From NCBI GenBank assembly GCA_934433135.1, contig CAKRZO010000003.1:113511-177510 (forward strand): a stretch of DNA of 64,000 nt, written 5' to 3'. Source of the DNA: an uncultured Acetatifactor sp. (GTDB lineage: Bacteria; Bacillota; Clostridia; Lachnospirales; Lachnospiraceae). The translations under genes were made by a program, and so were the position numbers. The notes below the pieces were generated by a model. That model saw nothing but the letters and a program-made list of their open reading frames with translations. It was not told where the DNA came from and ran no database searches. This document shows, piece after piece, positions 61,567 through 64,000 of the stretch (the first letter of the stretch is position 1; the number at the start of each line of letters is the position of its first letter).

Positions 61567-63000
61567 TTACACTGTTCCTTCCTGCAGGTAATAGCACACT
61601 ACCGGGAATAAGGTCGTTACGACATCATAAATTTCCCGTGCCTTGGCCGTCGGCAGATTAATGCAGCCGTGAGATCCATTGGTCAGATAGATCTCTCCTC
61701 CGAAAGACCGTCTCCAGGAAGCATCATGCATGCCGATATTTCCGTTAAACGGCATCCAATATTTTACCTTGCTCTCATAATCCGCTCCCCGAAGAACGGC
61801 ATCCTTCGTTTTATACGTCAGACCGAACACTCCGGCAGGCGTCACATAGCCTTTGCTCATATTTCCGGACACGAAATCCGACTCCAGTACGATTTCGCCG
61901 TCTTTATATAGATACAGATGCTGTGCCGTCAGGTTAATTTCCACATAGGAGCTGCCGATATCATCCGCTCCCTTGCAATAACCTTTTGCCGCATAGATCG
62001 GCTCTCTGTTTTCTTTGGCTCCGCTTTGAATTAATGCAACCAGCGCTTCCGTTTCCTTTTTGCGGTCGGTTTTCCAGCCGTAAGCTCCGCTGGGAAGCGT
62101 CAGAACCTCGCCGCCTGTGGTTGTAAACTTTCTCTTCTTACCATAGGTATCATGCGCCTTTGCCTGCCCGGCAACGAATTCAGCCGCTGCCTCTTCCTGC
62201 AGTGTCACGTTTTTTCCGTCATCGATAATCCATTGATGAATCAGATCCCCGTCTACGATTACTTCCGAGCCGTTCCAGTCAATCACAATCCGGCTGCCGA
62301 CAAGCCTGTTCAGTTCCTCCAGATGTTTGTTTAACTGCGTATCTTCAGACGTGATTTTGGCTCGGATATAGCAGTCTGCCTCTTCCAGGTTGACACTGTC
62401 CGCACCGGTTTCAATTCCCGCAGATACGGCTTTTTGTACCTTTTCCCGGTCAAGCAGGCTTCCTTTTTCTTCCGGTATGATCCGGTAAGCTTTTTCCGTC
62501 TCCAGGTAATCGCTGATATAAGCATCTTCCGGGGCTTTCATCTGTTCCGGATCCAAAATATCCCAGCTATCCAAAGCGGTATGCATTTTCTCTTTGTCAA
62601 ATGTGATGTCATAAGAGGCCCGGTAATCGTCCTGCCTGCGGTATGCCAAAATCCATTCCAGTGAATTCTGGTTTGCAAGAAGTTTTTCCGTTTCTTTTTG
62701 AATATCCACGCTGCGTCCCACATCCTGTGCATGCAGAATGCCTTCCTGTATGCCGTCCTGCCCGGTCACGGTAAGCGACCAGTCATTAGCCTGTTCTTCC
62801 AGTATCTTTACCGCTTCCTCCAGTGTATAGAAGCTGCAGTCTGTTCTGTTGATCCGGGTATTGGGTAAAAAATGACTGCGGAAGTAGTAAGCGATTGCAA
62901 AATATGCTGCCCCTGCCACAATCAGCAGAATTCCTATGACCAAGGCTGCAATGCAGCCTGCGGACATCCCCCCGGATGTTTTCCTTTTTTCTTTTTTCAT
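61567..63000 (-). CDS. L,D-transpeptidase (YkuD domain) with N-terminal TM anchor
   Basis: Catalytic HGCINLP near the C-terminus. 477 aa. Confidence 0.8.
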   Translation of the reverse strand: MKKEKRKTSGGMSAGCIAALVIGILLIVAGAAYFAIAYYFRSHFLPNTRINRTDCSFYTLEEAVKILEEQANDWSLTVTGQDGIQEGILHAQDVGRSVDIQKETEKLLANQNSLEWILAYRRQDDYRASYDITFDKEKMHTALDSWDILDPEQMKAPEDAYISDYLETEKAYRIIPEEKGSLLDREKVQKAVSAGIETGADSVNLEEADCYIRAKITSEDTQLNKHLEELNRLVGSRIVIDWNGSEVIVDGDLIHQWIIDDGKNVTLQEEAAAEFVAGQAKAHDTYGKKRKFTTTGGEVLTLPSGAYGWKTDRKKETEALVALIQSGAKENREPIYAAKGYCKGADDIGSSYVEINLTAQHLYLYKDGEIVLESDFVSGNMSKGYVTPAGVFGLTYKTKDAVLRGADYESKVKYWMPFNGNIGMHDASWRRSFGGEIYLTNGSHGCINLPTAKAREIYDVVTTLFPVVCYYLQEGTV

Positions 63001-63045
63001 AATAATTATATACTCTCCCTATGTTTGACAGGTCCGGCTCCTGGC

Positions 63046-63217
63046 TGTGATGCCAGGCGGATTGCTCCGCGCTCTGCGCTCCCGCAATCCTACAAACATT
63101 CGGATTCCGCTGATTTGCTTTGCAAATCGCTCCATCCTCATGTTTGGGCGGGTCTCAAACTCATAAGCCTCCTCATGCAAGCATGATCGGCTTATGGAGC
63201 TTTCGACCCTGGCATCA
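63046..63217 (-). mobile_element. Diverged MITE-family copy 3 (about 172 bp) in the 5' leader of the L,D-transpeptidase gene
   Basis: Colinear with the 203-bp MITE. Five hairpins are preserved by compensatory substitutions. Its TIRs are GTGATGCCAGGG and CCCTGGCATCAC. It overlaps the ansA stop codon. Confidence 0.6.
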
Positions 63218-64000
63218 CATGATGTCGTAATTAATGCGGCTGTAGAAGAGAGCCTGAATTTCGGGGAAGCTTAAGTCTTTTTGCGCCAGAATCCACATCA
63301 TCTTGGTAAATACGGCTTCAAAATTCATATCATAAGCTTCCAGATAAGGGAATCTGCCTTTCAGCTGGCGGCCTACTTCGTAGGTGGTTAAGCTGCTGCC
63401 CTCATAGATTACCTGTGTGGTCATGACGACTACTTTAGAGCCTGCCGGGTATTTTTTCATCTGTGCATCCAGATCGGAAAAAAGACTATCCGGAATGCCA
63501 CCCACACCGAAGCTCTCTATCACAATACAATCATATTCCCGAAACAGCGTTTCCAAAACAGCAGGGCGGATTCCCGGCGTCAGTTTCAGAGCAAACACCC
63601 GGGGACTCATTTCATGATAAAAATGTAATGGTCCCGTCCTTTCCTCTCCGGGGATATAGCGTAAGATCTTTCCATGCTGCATAACCGCCAGATTCGGAAA
63701 GTTGATACTGGAAAAAGCATGGTAACTGAAGCTCATAATTTTCTTGGCTCTGGTTCCGGCCAGCACTTTTCCGTCAAAAATAAGGCAGACTCCTACAGAA
63801 TGGGGATCCGCCGCATAACAGATGCTGTCATACAGATTCCTTTTGGCATCTGTAATTTCCACCTGTATGGGCTGCTGCGAACCGGTTAAGATAATCGGCT
63901 TGTCCGGATTCTGAATCAGATAAGAAAGCGCCGCTGCGGTATAGGCCATGGTATCCGTTCCGTGGCAGATGACGAATCCGTCGTATTTTTCATAATTTTC
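63215..64000 (-). CDS. ansA: L-asparaginase, type I (partial; continues past window end)
   Basis: The reading frame is open through ...ICHGTDTMAYTAAALS, the asparaginase active-site region. The ORF-track start at Met is artefactual. Confidence 0.75.
   Translation of the reverse strand, partial: ENYEKYDGFVICHGTDTMAYTAAALSYLIQNPDKPIILTGSQQPIQVEITDAKRNLYDSICYAADPHSVGVCLIFDGKVLAGTRAKKIMSFSYHAFSSINFPNLAVMQHGKILRYIPGEERTGPLHFYHEMSPRVFALKLTPGIRPAVLETLFREYDCIVIESFGVGGIPDSLFSDLDAQMKKYPAGSKVVVMTTQVIYEGSSLTTYEVGRQLKGRFPYLEAYDMNFEAVFTKMMWILAQKDLSFPEIQALFYSRINYDIM

Overview
This 64-kb window reads as a chromosomal segment of a spore-forming Firmicute, probably a Clostridia/Lachnospiraceae-like organism. 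The evidence is spmA/spmB, cotF-like genes, yaaT/ricT-holB synteny and a split transketolase. Housekeeping genes are interspersed with accessory material. I found no rRNA, tRNA or CRISPR array.

Main blocks in order:
- Split transketolase (tktN/tktC).
- A split HipA-like toxin-antitoxin pair in which an HTH is fused to a HipA N-subdomain (HipS-like), followed by the kinase core.
- A minus-strand carbohydrate/sugar-acid utilisation locus of about 16 kb: MOFRL glycerate kinase, large putative glycoside hydrolase, GH2 beta-galactosidase, LplABC-type ABC transporter, glucarate dehydratase GudD, DapA-family aldolase/dehydratase, tartronate-semialdehyde reductase, and a PrpR-like sigma-54 activator.
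- A minus-strand array of three paralogous lipoproteins and four small zinc-ribbon proteins.
- A signalling island on the plus strand: degenerate HK-like membrane protein, HisKA_3 kinase, NarL-type regulator, stand-alone pseudo-receiver, orphan solute-binding lipoprotein, membrane-anchored LuxR-type regulator.
- AzlCD.
- A candidate novel operon: three tandem QueG/reductive-dehalogenase-superfamily Fe-S paralogs, a U32-family protein and a Gfo/Idh/MocA oxidoreductase, with a divergently encoded AraC regulator.
- SpmA, a metallophosphoesterase, a truncated DUF4143 ATPase gene, an O-antigen-ligase-like protein, a CotF pair and PepF.
- A decayed pst locus (pstS and pstB fragments, pstC/pstA absent, phoU intact).
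- rsmI, a TrmN6-like methyltransferase, RicT/YaaT, holB, a guanylate-kinase-like protein, an L,D-transpeptidase and partial asparaginase.

Sequence-level repeat families that gene content does not explain:
- A 203-bp MITE with 20-bp terminal inverted repeats and 5-bp target-site duplications. Two near-identical copies, one diverged third copy showing compensatory changes in five stems, and a solo-end fragment.
- A hairpin-rich element of about 110 bp in 2.5 copies, with one covarying stem.
- A palindrome-containing module of about 65 bp in three copies.
- Several short tandem repeats, including a 14-bp x4 repeat of a Shine-Dalgarno-like unit upstream of one QueG-like gene.
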